From the human T2T-CHM13v2.0 reference genome, Homo sapiens, in assembly GCF_009914755.1 (NCBI RefSeq), contig NC_060931.1: a stretch of DNA of 64,000 nucleotides; one strand, 5' to 3'. Below, in pieces: positions 42,675-57,383 of this stretch. The notes under the pieces were generated by a model. That model was not told the DNA's origin. It saw only the letters and a program-made list of their open reading frames with translations, and ran no database searches. The first letter of the stretch is position 1. Each line of letters begins with the position of its first letter. Position numbers and translations under genes: made by a program.

Positions 42675-43664
42675 ATATTCTTCCTTTCTCTTGAAGGTTT
42701 ATATTTTCTGCTTTCCTTGGCCTAATAATCCAGTCACCATTTGTCCGTTCACTTTTTAAAAAAAATTTTGTGAGTGCTTTATCTGCTAATATTTTGTCTC
42801 TTGCTTCTTTGTCCTAGTAGTTTATTATTGTTCATTATTGTGATTATTAGACAGCTTTGGGGAGGCAGAAGATATAACAGCATGTGTTCAAGCTGTTGCA
42901 TTTAGTGGGAAATAGGCATAATATTTTAAAAAATAAAATAGTTCCAACACACAATGAAGCATAGATAAAAATATGGCCAACACTTAGGTGCCCACCACCC
43001 AACTGTATCAAAGTTTAGCATGATTTAGACTTTTTTAAAAAACTGAAACATTATAGATACAGTTGAAGCCCCTCGTTACTGCTATTTTCCTCCCCAGAAG
43101 GAACCACTAATCTGAACTTTCATATTTTTAAATTTTTATCTCATTTGTATGAATCTATTTATGTTTTGTATGTTTTAAAATTTATATGAATTATACCTTA
43201 CAATACACAACTTCTACAATGGATTTTTTTCTTATTCAATATTATATTTTTGAGATTCATTCATTTATTGTAATGGCTACATGATATTCTATTTTTTAAT
43301 AGTCTCCAGTGGGCTTTAGTTTTGTTCCCCTTGTATTATGTTTTAATTTAAAATATTTTTAGCTTAGTTAAGAACATAGAAATAGGAGAAAGAATAATTT
43401 CATCACACCATGGAAAATAGTGAGAAACCAACAGTGCTTTGGAGACCCTGGAACATCATTTAACCCAAGGGGTGAGACAGAATCTTCCTGTGTCTCATTT
43501 TGCCCCAAAGTACTCCATGGACAAGCCCCAGAGTAATGACATTACACAGCAGCAGTGAGCTTCCACGTGGTTATTAATGAAACACTCCCAGGGCAGGGCA
43601 TGGGAGTGAGAGCACACACAAACACCTTGACTACTTTTTCTGCCTATTATCTTGTTTTCACATC

Positions 43665-44380
43665 CCTTTAAAAAATTGTATAAAGTTTTTATGTTGACAT
43701 ATTTATAGATTCACAAGGAGTTGCAAAGAAATGCTCAGGAAAATCCCTTGGATCCTTCCCTGAGTATTCTCCCCCTCTCCTCACCACAGTGTGAACATCT
43801 TATGCATCTAAAGTGTAATATCAAAGCCAAGAAATGAACATTGTTTCAATCCATGAAGTTTATTCAGATTTCATCAGGTATACATGCTTCATCTATGTGT
43901 GTTATCTACAGTTCTATGCAATTTCATCACATATAGACTTGAGTAACCCCCACCACAATCGAGACACATAGCTGTACTACAAGATTTCCCCATGTTATTC
44001 TTTTATAGCCACACCCACTTCTCCATCCTTCATCCCTAACCCCTGGCAACCACTAATGTGTTCTTCATCTCTTTATGTTATTTCACAGATGTTACATAAA
44101 TTGAATTATGAACTATGGATCCCTTTAAGATTTTTTTTTCCCACTCAGCAAAGTTTCTTTAAGGCTCATCCAAGTAGCTTCTGGGTAGTATTCCATGGTA
44201 TAGTTATACCACAGTTTGTTTAACTGATTACCCTTTGAAGGGCATTTGTATAGTTTCTAGTTTTGGCTGATACAAGTAAAGCTGCTATGAACACTCACAC
44301 ACAAGCTCCTGTGTGAAAGTAAGGCTTTGTTTCTCTGGGATAAATGCCCAACGGTGCAATTTCTAGATTGTATGATAAGT
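43665..44380 (-). mobile_element. L1MD/L1MC-type 3' end
   Basis: TATAGATTCACAAGGAGTTGCAAAG...CCCCTGGCAACCACTAATGTGTTC. Confidence 0.8.
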
Positions 44381-44384
44381 CTTA

Positions 44385-45930
44385 GCATAGATCAGTACTT
44401 CATTCCTTTTTATGGATAAATAATTTTCCATTGTACGGATTTGTCACCTTTTGCTTATCCATTCTTCAGTTGATGGACATTTGAGTTATTTCCACCTCAT
44501 GAATAATGCTACATGAATATTCACATACAAATTTTTCTAGTGAACATAAGTTTTTATTTTTAGGGGGCTATATACTTAGAAGTAGAATTGTGGGATCAAA
44601 TGGTAACGCTGTATTTAACTTTCCGAGGGCCACCAAATTGTCCTGCACAACAGCTGCACTATTTTTATTTCCACCAACCAAATCGAGCGTTTCAACTCCC
44701 CATTCTTCCCAGCACTCGTTATTGTCTCATTTTTTATTATAGTCATTGCAGTGGATGCAAAGTCGTATCTCATTGTGGTTTTGACTTGCATTTCACTGAT
44801 GGCTAATAATGTCAAGCATCTTTTCATGTGTTTGTTGGCCTTTTGTATATCTTTTTTTTTTTTTTGAGAAATGCCTGTTTAGATCCTTTCCTCATTTTTC
44901 GTTTGGGTTACTCTTTTTATTATTGAGTTGTTAGGGTTTTTTAATATGTTCAACAAACGAGCCCCTTATCAGATATATGAGTTGCAAATATTCTCTCCCA
45001 TTCTGTGGGTTGTCTTTCCAGTTTCTGGATGAGGTCCTTTGGAGCTTGAAATGTTCTAATTTTGATTTTTAAAAATTAGTTATTTTTTCTTTGATTGTTT
45101 GTACCAAATCTAAGGTCATGAAGATTTATACCTATGTTCTCTTCTGAGAGTTTTGTAGTTTTGGCTTTTATGCATAAGTCTTTTTTCCATCGTAAGTGTT
45201 TTTTTTTTGTTTTTTTTTTTTTTGAGACAAAGGCTCTTTCTGTTGCCCAGGCTTAATGTAGTAGCATAGTCATGGCTTTCTACAACTAAACCTCAGGTTC
45301 AAGCGATCTTCCCACCTCAGCCTCCCAAGTAGCTGGGACTACTGGTACCCTGCCTGGCTAATTTTTTAATTTTCATTTTTGTAGAGACAAGGTCTCACTA
45401 TGTTGCCTAGGTTGGTCTCAAACTCCTGGGCTCAAGCAATCCTCCCGCTTTGGCCTCCCAAAGTGTTGGGATTACAGGCGTGAGCCATTGTGCCTAGCTG
45501 TCAGTTAATTTTTTATATGGTAAAAAATAATGGTCTATTTCATTTTTTTTGGCATGTAGCTATCCAGGTGTCTCAGCACTATTTATTAAAAAGACAATAC
45601 TTTCTCTATTGAATCTTCCTGGCATCCTTGTTGAAAATCGATTGACCACAGATAAATGGATTTATTTCTGGACTCTCAATTATTTTGTTTGTCTATGTAC
45701 CTGTCATTATGCTGGTGCTATACTGTCCTGATTAATATTGCTTTATAGTAAGTTTTGAAATATGGAATTGTAAGTGCTCCAATTTTGTTAATCTCTTTCA
45801 AGATTGTTTTGGCTATTTTGGGTCCTTTGGATTTCATATGAATTTTAGGATTGGATTGTCAATTTCTGCAAAGAAGCCAGGTAGAATTCTGATAGAGATT
45901 GTGTTGAATCTATACATCAATTTAGAAAGT
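44385..45930 (-). mobile_element. L1MB-type fragment
   Basis: CAGTACTTCATTCCTTTTTATGG...GATTGTTTTGGCTATTTTGGGTCCTTTG...GATTGTGTTGAATCTATACATCAATTT. Confidence 0.85.
45198..45498 (-). mobile_element. AluJ
   Basis: GTCTCACTATGTTGCCTAGGTTGGTCTCAAACTCCTGGGCTCAAGCAATCCTCCC. Confidence 0.9.
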
Positions 45931-46483
45931 TCCTTATCTTGCTCTTTCATTTCCTCTATGAAATGCCTCTTGTTTGGAGTGATATTTATGTATCCTTTCA
46001 TAAGATATTTTGGAATAAAATAGGAAAAAATAAAGTTTTGTTACTTTAAATGCAAAACCTTCATACAAAGGGGAAAACTATGGAAATAGAAAAATACATA
46101 TTTCTTAAAAATCTCATTTATTAAATTAAAAGGAATTTGTTGCATGATATTTTTCCAGAATCCTCTTTTTTCCTACGGATGAGGACATTTGAAGTAGAGA
46201 GCACAGAATCTGAAATAAAGAAATTGCCATATTTAATACATGCAAATCCTTTCAACGGATGGGGTGGAGAAGAAAAGCCCTACATAGGGAAGAAGCATAT
46301 ATAGTTTATAATTAAGTTTGTATTTTGAATGAAGATGAAATAAGCATTTTAAGTTTTCTTTCCACTGGAGTGGAATGCAAGAAATTTTATGAAGCTTGGC
46401 AAAAAATAATTTTCAAGAGGTATTATTGTCATTTACACTTTAGTATCATTGATAATAGAGCAATAATGCCATTATTTACATAA

Positions 46484-47035
<552 letters not shown>

Positions 47036-48619
47036 AATATATGTACTTTTTAATGAGCACATTAAATAAATAAAATCTAGAAATAGATTTCATAACATCT
47101 ATGATTTGGGGGTAGAAAACATCTATGATTTGGGGGTAGAAAAATTCAAATAATATTTTAATATACCTACCAAAAATTGATATAATATGAAAATGTTTAT
47201 TTTTTTGATTGGTAAAAATGACACAAATTTGTTGCCTACATTCATAATAGAAAGACATGTTAATGTTTCATTAACCTCTAAATTAGAGGTTAATGAAAAT
47301 AATATATATTTTTCTATATATATATAATATATAGAGGTTAATGAAAATAATAATGTATTTTTTTCCTGTCCAAGTTAATAAGCTACTGAATTACATACAT
47401 GGCCCTTTGAAGAGGAAAGAGGACTAGGAAGAGAAGTTTAATTTTTTATAAATAAAATTCAAGAAAACCTTAACTTGTCACTGCATTGCTTTGTGTGTGT
47501 GTGCGCGCGCACATGCTTAAGAATGAGCTTTGAGATTTAGTTCATACTCACAAGGATGATTTGCACAGACATAGGAGAAACTCAAATTGCTCTGCTTGAT
47601 CTCAAGCCACGTGTGCAATCATGAAACTGAGATTCTGGGAGAGATATTGTAATATTAAGAGCCACTAGGATGATTGGTTTTCTCAACCAATTTGTGATGT
47701 CATTTTTGTCAACCACCTAGTTATGTCACCTGTTACAAAGACAAAAGAGATGAGTGCAAGACTAGAAAGTTATCTGTAAGCATGTCTCATATTATTGGTT
47801 AAAACACACTTTTCAAATATTTGCCAATTTCTTAGACCTCCTTTTTAGTGCAGATAACTTCTACACTAAATAAATATTATTTATTTACTAACACAACACC
47901 TAGTATTACCTGAGGATTTCACAATCCAAATTCAAGTTTGAAGTCAGAATAACTTTGAGTGTGGGTAAAGAAAAATGGAACGAAAGAGTAGTAGGCAAGA
48001 AACAAAAGAATACAAAAATAAGTTCAAACATTTTCCAAGTGCCCTTTATAGGCAACACTCTCAAAAGATATAGAAAATATTGAAATTTGAAATAGTTCAC
48101 ATTTTCCAGGCAAAACTTTAATTCAAATCAGAATATACTTACAAACAAGCAAAAAAAATATAGCTGAAGAAATGTAATTTTGTTGTATTAAGCCCCGCTG
48201 CAATTAAGTGTTATTGAAAACATTATAAGGAACATCTCTGCAGGGTCAGAATAAGCAGCTATAGGTGTCATTAACAAAGAAATAAAATCATGCTTTGTTT
48301 TTATCTCTTTTGCCTCCTGCATGAATACATTAATTAATTAACAAAGTACTTCTGAGAATGTAACTTAAGAGGAGCAGAGGGTAGGGTTTTGGCCAAACAT
48401 GTCAACTCCTGCAGTTTGTCCTTTGACTTTTATAATTTCACTCCTTTGGATTCTAAAGTTACTTTTTTATTGCTTTATCATTTTTCTAGATTTTTAAGTA
48501 CCTCTCAGAAGCATTAAATTTGAGTATCTATCAGGACTTATTATGTAACCACTAGAGGATTAATTGCTAGAGATCTGAGAGTGAGATTCTAGGACCATGA
48601 GATTGCAGAGAACGTTTGA

Positions 48620-48790
48620 TAGGAAAGATCCAGAATGTACATTCAGGTGGCTTGGATAAAAATCTTGGCTGCACTCCTTTCATTGAGCATTGGCTTTCTA
48701 GTCTTTGAAAGGAGGTTGATTATAATGTCTTTCTTGTCTATGTCATGAGGATTTGTATAAAATGACACTGCAATTAACACATGCTACTTT
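48620..48790 (+). mobile_element. MIR fragment
   Basis: GTGGCTTGGATAAAAATC...GTCATGAGGATTTGTATAAAATGAC. Confidence 0.4.
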
Positions 48791-48979
48791 GTTACTTGGT
48801 GCTTTTCCAGAGGTCAGAGTCAGGAAGGTAAAGAAAGAATAAAGTAAAAAATAATGTTAGTTTCTGACTGTTTTGCCCAAGACTTGCTCGCAGGGCTTAT
48901 TTTGAGCTCAAAAGTGCAAGATAAATTTAAAATGTGGTTTCTGTATGAAATTTTACTGGAAGGAGAGCTGTCTTTAATT

Positions 48980-49112
48980 TATCCATCAATCCATCCATCC
49001 ATCTAACCAACAATTCCACAAATAATTACCCAGCACCTATTCCCTGCCAGTTGAGGAAAGAACAGAGACTGATTAAAAACCTACCATCCATCCAGCAACT
49101 CACAGTCTAATT
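48980..49112 (-). mobile_element. L2 3' end
   Basis: (CCAT)n tail followed by ACAAATAATTACCCAGCACCTATTCCCTGCCAG. Confidence 0.6.
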
Positions 49113-49544
49113 TTGGGAGTCCCGCAGTTATAGATTATATTATCTTCATTCATTGAATTTTCTTCTATTTCACATTTTCAATCTACTGTTTACCATAATT
49201 TACAGGCTCCTAATTGAAGATGACTTTCTCTCTTGAAAAACCTAAGGTCTCCTCAGACCATAAGAGATATAATTTTTATGAAAGAACCTATAAAATTATC
49301 TGACAAATTCTAAATTCTGAACGGCATTCAGCCATGCATGCATGTATTTATCATTTATTTCTTTGGTGTGAGTGGCATGAAAACAGCACAAGTATATGAC
49401 ATTTGAGGATGTATGGCCATGTGGTCAGAGCCATGAAGATCACTGGAAAACAGTTTCTAAAAATCAGTTGATACCTTTCATTTCAATGTATCTTAAAGTG
49501 CTTACACAAAAGTTATAGTAAGTTTATTTTCAAAAACTATTTTA

Positions 49545-49832
<288 letters not shown>

Positions 49833-50119
49833 TTATTTTAATTACAAAAAATTTCAAATGAATGCTACACACTGATCTTAGATGGCTGTTTCAAAACACT
49901 ATGTGTAAACCTAATACATCACAATTTTATGCAGTTTGAAGAACCTTATTTTGGTGTTTTCTTCTTTCACTTCACATTCTCTTCACCTAGTCTCAAGCTT
50001 CATTTGAGATAGTAAGACAAAAATTTTATAAAGCAACATAATTAGTGGAATGTTTTTTGTCTGCCTTTTTGCATAGTGAGAAATATTAGAAAAAGAACTA
50101 TAGGAGGAATGAGAAAATT

Positions 50120-50325
50120 TCTGTGAACTTGCTCAAGTCATTTAACCCCTCCGAATATCTGTAGAAATGGCAGTAAGCGTAATTTGCCTGCTTACTCCTT
50201 GAGATTGTTGTGAAGATCAAATAAAATCATACATGAGAAGTTTATGGGTTTTGTTTGTGCTTTTTTTTTTGGGGGGGGGGGTACCAAATAAGTGTTAATG
50301 AAGTGTAAGATATTGTTATTTTATG
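50120..50325 (+). mobile_element. MIR containing a T10G11 run
   Basis: CTGTGAACTTGCTCAAGTCATTTAACCCCTCCGAA...GATTGTTGTGAAGATCAAATAAAATCATAC. Confidence 0.7.
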
Positions 50326-50838
50326 ATTAGTTGGCTTGGTGTCATATATGCTTCTTAGTCTGCTATTTTGTTCGATGTGTATCTTCCTCACTGTGCCCCT
50401 TTTAGAAGCTGCTCCATGGAATAGAAATCGATTTTTTAGTAATCATTATATCTAACTGTCTAATGAAGGTGTAGTATCATGTATTCTGGAAACTCTCCCC
50501 ATCATGCCAAAAACAGAGAATAACCTTGCTATAAAGAGTGTCACTATTCACAGATTACCCGAAGATCCAATCCTGCCTCCTGTGCACAAGATGACTTATA
50601 GTGCATGCTATAATGAGAGGTTATAATGCTGCAATCAGGGAACAGAGATCCCACTTGCATTACAGAACAGGCCATACATAACTCTGTTCACTCTATGCAC
50701 CATCTTCCTTTAATGGTCTGAATAATGTAGTAGCAGAACAGCAACAGAAAGTAATTTGGGAAATAAAACCAACCTGTTATTAAGGGATGCATAACACTGA
50801 TAGTTGCCAAAGTATTCTTTATTCTCATTATATCTTTC

Positions 50839-51472
50839 TGAGACAGCCAGGTGAAAGGGGGTCCCTGGAAAAACTCCAACAAGCCTGCCCACTGAGGTGG
50901 AGCCTCGGGAGGTTCGCACCCTTTGCAGCGGGGAAGAGCCTGGCCCCGCCTCTTCCTGTGTGGAACCTGGTATTCCAATGGCGGGGGGAAGGGCTCTAGC
51001 AGGGGACTCTGGCCTTAAGGCCGTGTTCACCCCCCCCTTCCCCGCCTTTTCACCCCATAAAACCCAGCCTTACTTACCCTTTAAACCTTCTGTGAGTCCA
51101 CATTATTTATTTTTTAGTATACTTTAAGTTCTAGGGTACATGGGCACAAAGTGCAGGTTTGTTACATAGGTATACATGTGCCATGTTGCTTTGCTGCACC
51201 CATCAACTCATTATTTACATTAGCTATTTCTCCTAATGCTGTCTGTCCCCCATCCCCCTACCCCACGACAGGCCCCAGTGTGTGATGGTTCCCCACCCCG
51301 TGTCCCAGTGTTCTCATTGTTTAGTTCCCACCTATGAGTGAGAACATGCGGTGTTTGGTTTTCTGTCCTTGTGGTAGTTTGCTGAGAACGATGGTTTCGA
51401 GCCTAAATCTTTATGGCCACGGGACAGACAAGAACCCAGTCTTTAGCTAAACTAAGGAAAAGTCCTGCAACA
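50839..51472 (+). mobile_element. MER48 (ERV1) solo LTR with 4-bp TSD, interrupted by L1PA
   Basis: TGAGACAGCCAGGTG...AAACTCCAAC...TTTAGCTAAACTAAGGAAAAGTCCTGCAACA; TG...CA termini; TSD TTTC at 50835-50838 and 51473-51476. Confidence 0.88.
51103..51398 (-). mobile_element. L1PA5-7-type 3' fragment nested in MER48
   Basis: TATACTTTAAGTTCTAGGGTACATG...GAGTGAGAACATGCGGTGTTTGGTTTTCTGTCC. Confidence 0.92.
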
Positions 51473-53267
51473 TTTCTGTAAAAGAAATTAACAGCAATAC
51501 CTGATATATGAATGCTATGTTGCAATTTATAAAGGGTTTTAATGAAATATACTTTAATTCTCATGACATATTAATAAAATAGAAGGGCAGAGTCTCATTT
51601 TAATTTTATAGAAAGAAATTAGATTTTTAAAAATAGGCTAAAAAACTTGTTCAAGATTATATACCTTGTTAGTAATAGTTGTGAATCAAACTCAGGGCTT
51701 TGATTCAGTGATTTTATTTTCCCTCAGCAAACATGCTTTAAAAGCATACACGACATTGCAAATATCCTGGATATCCATTAACTATACATCTGAGAGTTCT
51801 TCTGGTTTGAAATAGAGGAGATTCTAGAGTCTCTCCACCAATGGTATAACAAACACACACAATCTTGAGCAAATGAAAAAGAAAGAAACCAGAATGCCAC
51901 ACAAAGTAAAAACATCCACATATTTATTAAAACACATTCAGTCAAAAGTCAAGACTCCTGTCATTGGATGTATATCAGTTCATTGGGTAAAGTATCGAAA
52001 TTGTATACATCTTTTCAGTTATTGTTTATTCCTGTTATGCAGGTGGTACAAAATGTACTCATTTTATTTTTACAGGGAAAGTTGCAGAAGATTTGCTTTG
52101 ACCTCAAAGTACATTCTTTGTTTCCCTGGTGATAAAGACCTCAGTCATAGGACAACTGGGTAAACTGAAGTAGCCAATTCTGCAAAGGAAGGTGGACTTT
52201 GCTTTCCAGTTCAGGATCTTTTATTACTGGTACTATTAAGGCAATCTTGGCAAAGTCTCATTCATATTTATTTATGAACTGTGTTCTTGGCTAGATAAGA
52301 GGGTACACTGTCACAAGGCAAGGCAGCAGCACTCCTTTTATGACATCAGAGAGGTCTTTGCCAATGGCTCTGTTGCATGCTTACGTAATGTAAAATAGTA
52401 GGCACATAGTTGAATGAAGGCTCAGGCGGAGAGGATCACTTTTCAAAGATTGTAAAAGAAGTTACGTGGATAGTGTGTGTTATGCAGCAAGGTACATTGT
52501 CCTTATTTTCATATTATGCTGTATCCAAATGGCATAAGTAAAATGGAGCTTTGGCAATTATATAGCTAATGTGATCGATGTTAATGGACAATCTGGTTAA
52601 TTTTGCTTTTAAAAGTAGATTTTAGCAAGAAGTGAAATGTCAAGAGAGCACTTAAATGAATTTCCTTCGATTTTTAAGTTAAATTGCAGTCGCTGACTTT
52701 ATTTTCCAATTATCATATGATGTTTCAATAGTATTGTTCCAATAATAACACTTTGTTCTTAAAGAGTCCCTTGCAGTCAATTAATTCAAAGTACATTCGG
52801 GTGTATATACAGGTTATCAGTTGACATCCAGCTTTATGAAACATATGTGAGCTGCAAGCAATTGGTAACTGCTACTTTCAAGCATTGGTAACTGCTACTT
52901 TCACTGTCCTTATTCTTCTCTGCACTGTACTCACAGTGCTTTCTAATATCCTTGGGCAATTATATATATTATATATATAAAATATATACACACATGCATA
53001 CATATGATATATAATTCTTCATACATTTAGAGAGATACAGTTTTAATACTCCTTAATTTGAAAGTATTAAGCTAGGCCTTCTTTCATTGTTGGACTGCAT
53101 TGCTTATTTTTCTCAAAATGTCAATTCACACATTTAAATGAATATTTATTAGCCACATGTTAATTTTATGCAGAGAACTAGGTTTTAGGTTCACTCATAT
53201 GAAACTGCCAATGTATAAACACTTTTGACCTATAAATCTTCTATTTTGTGAAAAGGAAGATTAGATA

Positions 53268-53814
53268 GCAGCTACTTTGTATTGTGTGACTTAAATCTCC
53301 CTATCTTTTTTTTTTTAAGATTCCACATTTAAGTGAGATCATGTGATCTTTTTCTTTCTGTCTGTGGCTGATTTCACTTAGAATAATGCACTCCAACTTC
53401 ATTCATATGGTGATTGGCAGGTGGTAGGTTCTCCTCCATTTTTAAAGCTGAATCATATTCCACTGTGTATATGTATATCATATTTTTTAAGGCTGAATAA
53501 TATTCCATTGTGTTTATGTATATATCACATTTTCTTTGTCTATTTTTCCATCGATGGCCACTTAGGTTGTTTTCATACATTGACTACTGTGATTGAATGT
53601 ACAACACGAGGACTATAGTTAATAAAATTGTATTGTATTAAGAACTTTTAAAAATAAGTAGATTTTAGCTGCTCTTGTCACAAAAAAGTAACTATGTGAG
53701 ATGATAAAATATGTTAATTTGCTTCACTATAGTAACTATTTTACAATCTATATGTATCCCACAACATCATGTTGTGAAACTGAAATGCACACAATAATAC
53801 TTGTTTTAAAAAAT
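53268..53814. mobile_element. L1MA (MA4-MA5-like) with 5' inversion
   Basis: Antisense part at about 53268-53593 and sense 3' end at about 53597-53814; degenerate TSD AAAGGAAGATTAGAT / AAAGGAAGGCTAAGAT. Confidence 0.82.
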
Positions 53815-53899
53815 AAAGGAAGGCTAAGATGAAGAAGAAATACTTTTTTGGAGGAAGTGAAATTTAGAATTTGGCATGATTTAGCATTACATTTCAAGG

Positions 53900-54610
53900 A
53901 AGATTCAGTAGGGAGACTCTTTCAGAACATAAATGGAATGTACAAGAGTATAGAGGTAGGAAAAATACAAAGTGTTCAGAAATTTGCAAGTTGTTAAGTT
54001 GGCCTGATGCCTGTGTGGTGTGGGCTACAAACCTGAAAGAAAGCATCAGGGTAGATGATGTAGGGCAGAAGTGACAGCTGGTTAAGGAGTCTGAGTTTTT
54101 TCTACCGAGCCATGTGAATTCATGGAGGGTTTCTGAAAAAGGGAGCTCAATGATGGAGGCAATGCTCAGAATAGACCAAAGGTGGAAGATTACAGAGAAG
54201 GGAACCAGGCAGAAGGCGGTGGGGGCTCAGATGAGAGCTGACAAGATTGGGGGACATGAGTCCTGTGAGAGGAGCACTGTTAGGCATGGATTACACAGCA
54301 TGAAGAACAACTCTTCATGTGACTCTACATGTTAAGAATGATGCCTGGGAAAATTGTGCTGTTTCATAGATGAGTATGACAAAAGGAGAAGCTGCTTTAA
54401 GAAAATACTGAGTTCAATGAGATGCAGGCAAATACATCCACAAGGAAGTATAGCTCAGAGATGATAAGTTAGCCCATGCCAGTGGCTGTCAGCAAACCAA
54501 GGGAGTAAATATTCAAATGAAAAAGTATGCCATGGTCAGAAATCTGGACAATAACAACTTTTCAGGGTGAACGGAGGGTAAAGGATATGGAAGGGCTAGA
54601 AGATTCAGAA
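53900..54610 (-). mobile_element. L2 fragment(s)
   Basis: GGTTAAGGAGTCTGAGTTTTTTCT...CATGGAGGGTTTCTGAAAAAGGGAG motifs. Confidence 0.55.
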
Positions 54611-54629
54611 GACCACAAGGGACACTTCC

Positions 54630-55710
54630 ATTTCTGAGATTAAGCAAACCGGTAGGTTGGGACCAACCCCTCACAGAACTAAGCATTCTGTGTCAAATAT
54701 AAATACCTTTCATAACTAAAAATTCTGGATCAAATAATTTTAAAAACTTAAAGACATCAAAGAACTGATAAGAGAGTATGGAATTATGAAGCCTGTGAAG
54801 AAAATGGGGACCCAGAGATGCAGTGCCATTGTCTCCCACAGCCTTTGTCAGTTTCTGCAACTGTGAACTTTGATTTTAACATCAAGTCCCAGGGCATGCC
54901 GAAATGGGAGAGTTAAAAAGGATCCCTCCCACATTAAGCTGAGATTCCAAATAGCCACACTATTATGATAAGGATGAGAAGAGGTGGACTCATCACCCAC
55001 ACCACCCAAAATAACCCAGGTGACTGTATTTGTGCTAAGCAAAGAAGGGAAATAAAATCTTTCCCGTAGAATCTGTATTTGTAAACTAGTCATTGTGAAG
55101 GTGTGCAGTCCTATTCACATCACCTAAGTAGTTCCAAAAATATTAAGCCATGAATGTAGTTTAATTTTAGTCTAAATTGGTCATAGGCTGGTAATGCCTC
55201 TAGCTTCTGTCATTAATATAAATACAAATGATTTCTGAAAGAAGGTATCTATTTGAGGCCTCAAAGATTCTCCACAAATAATGTTTCAAGGACAATTTCC
55301 AGCACACAGTCAAAAATGACAAAACACACAAGAAAACAAGCTACCATGAGTGAGAAGTGGCAGAAATAAAGCCATAAGACAACATAGATAAGAATTGTCA
55401 GCAAATATTTTTAAATAATTATATTCTATAAGTTTAACGAAGGAAAAGCTTGAAAATATCTGCAAATAGGAAACTGTAAAAAATTACACAGCCAATTTTT
55501 AAAATGGTCAAATATAACTTTTAGGAATAGAAAGTATAATAACGATTAACTAAATGCACAGACTCTTGAAACTCATTAATAAGAAAATGAACAACCCAGT
55601 TAAAAAGTAAGCAGATTCAAAGCACTAAAAACACCAAATACTGGTGAGGATGTGAAGCAACAGGAATTCCATTTACTTCTTCTGTGAAGGAAAATTGGTA
55701 TAGCCACTTG
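54630..55710 (+). mobile_element. Old L1M 5'/ORF1-like and 3' fragments
   Basis: AAATTCTGGATCAAATAA, CCAGCACACAGTCAAAAATGACAAAACACACAAGAAAACAAG and ACCAAATACTGGTGAGGATGTGAAGCAACAGGAA. Confidence 0.55.
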
Positions 55711-56655
<945 letters not shown>

Positions 56656-56659
56656 TATT

Positions 56660-57383
56660 TTTAAAATTTTAAATTAGTTTTAAAATTTGTAATTGACACA
56701 TTATTATACATATTTATAGGGTGCAATGTGATGTTTCAGTTCATTTATACATTATATGATGATCAAATCAGAGTAATTACCATATCCATCACTTTAAACA
56801 CTTACCATTTCTTTGTGGTGATTACGGTCAAAATAATTGTTCTGGCTCTTAAAATATATATAGTCACCCTTATGTGTAAGAGAACACCAGAACTTATTCT
56901 TCCTGTCTAACTATAACTTTGTACTCATTGACCAACCTTTCCTGGTCCTGCCCTCACCTCTTCCCTCTCCAGCCTCTGGTAACCACTATTCTACTGTCTA
57001 CTTCTATGAAATCAACTTTTTTAGATTCCACATATGAGTGAAATCACACAGTATCTTTCTGTGACTTGCTATTTTACTTAACATAATGTTCCTCAGGTTT
57101 ATCAGTTGCCACAAATGACAGAATTTCATTATGTTTTATGAAATGATATTTTATTGGAGATACATATATCATATTTTCTTTATCCATTCATCTGTACATG
57201 GCCATTTAGATTGATTGCATATATTGGCTATTGTGAATAATACTAGGATAAACATGGGAGCAGATATCTCTTTGACATACTGATTTCATTTCCTTTGTAT
57301 ATATAGCCAGTAATGAAACCACTAGATCATATGGTAGTTCTATTTTTAATTTGAGAAACTTCCATACTGTTTTTCATTATTGC
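56660..57383 (-). mobile_element. L1MA-class 3' fragment
   Basis: GATCAAATCAGAGTAATTACCATATCCATCAC...CAGCCTCTGGTAACCACTATTCTAC. Confidence 0.88.

Noticed and set aside
44170-44600. Apparent local duplication of ~200 bp
   Set aside because: These are homologous 3'UTR regions of two adjacent, different L1M elements.
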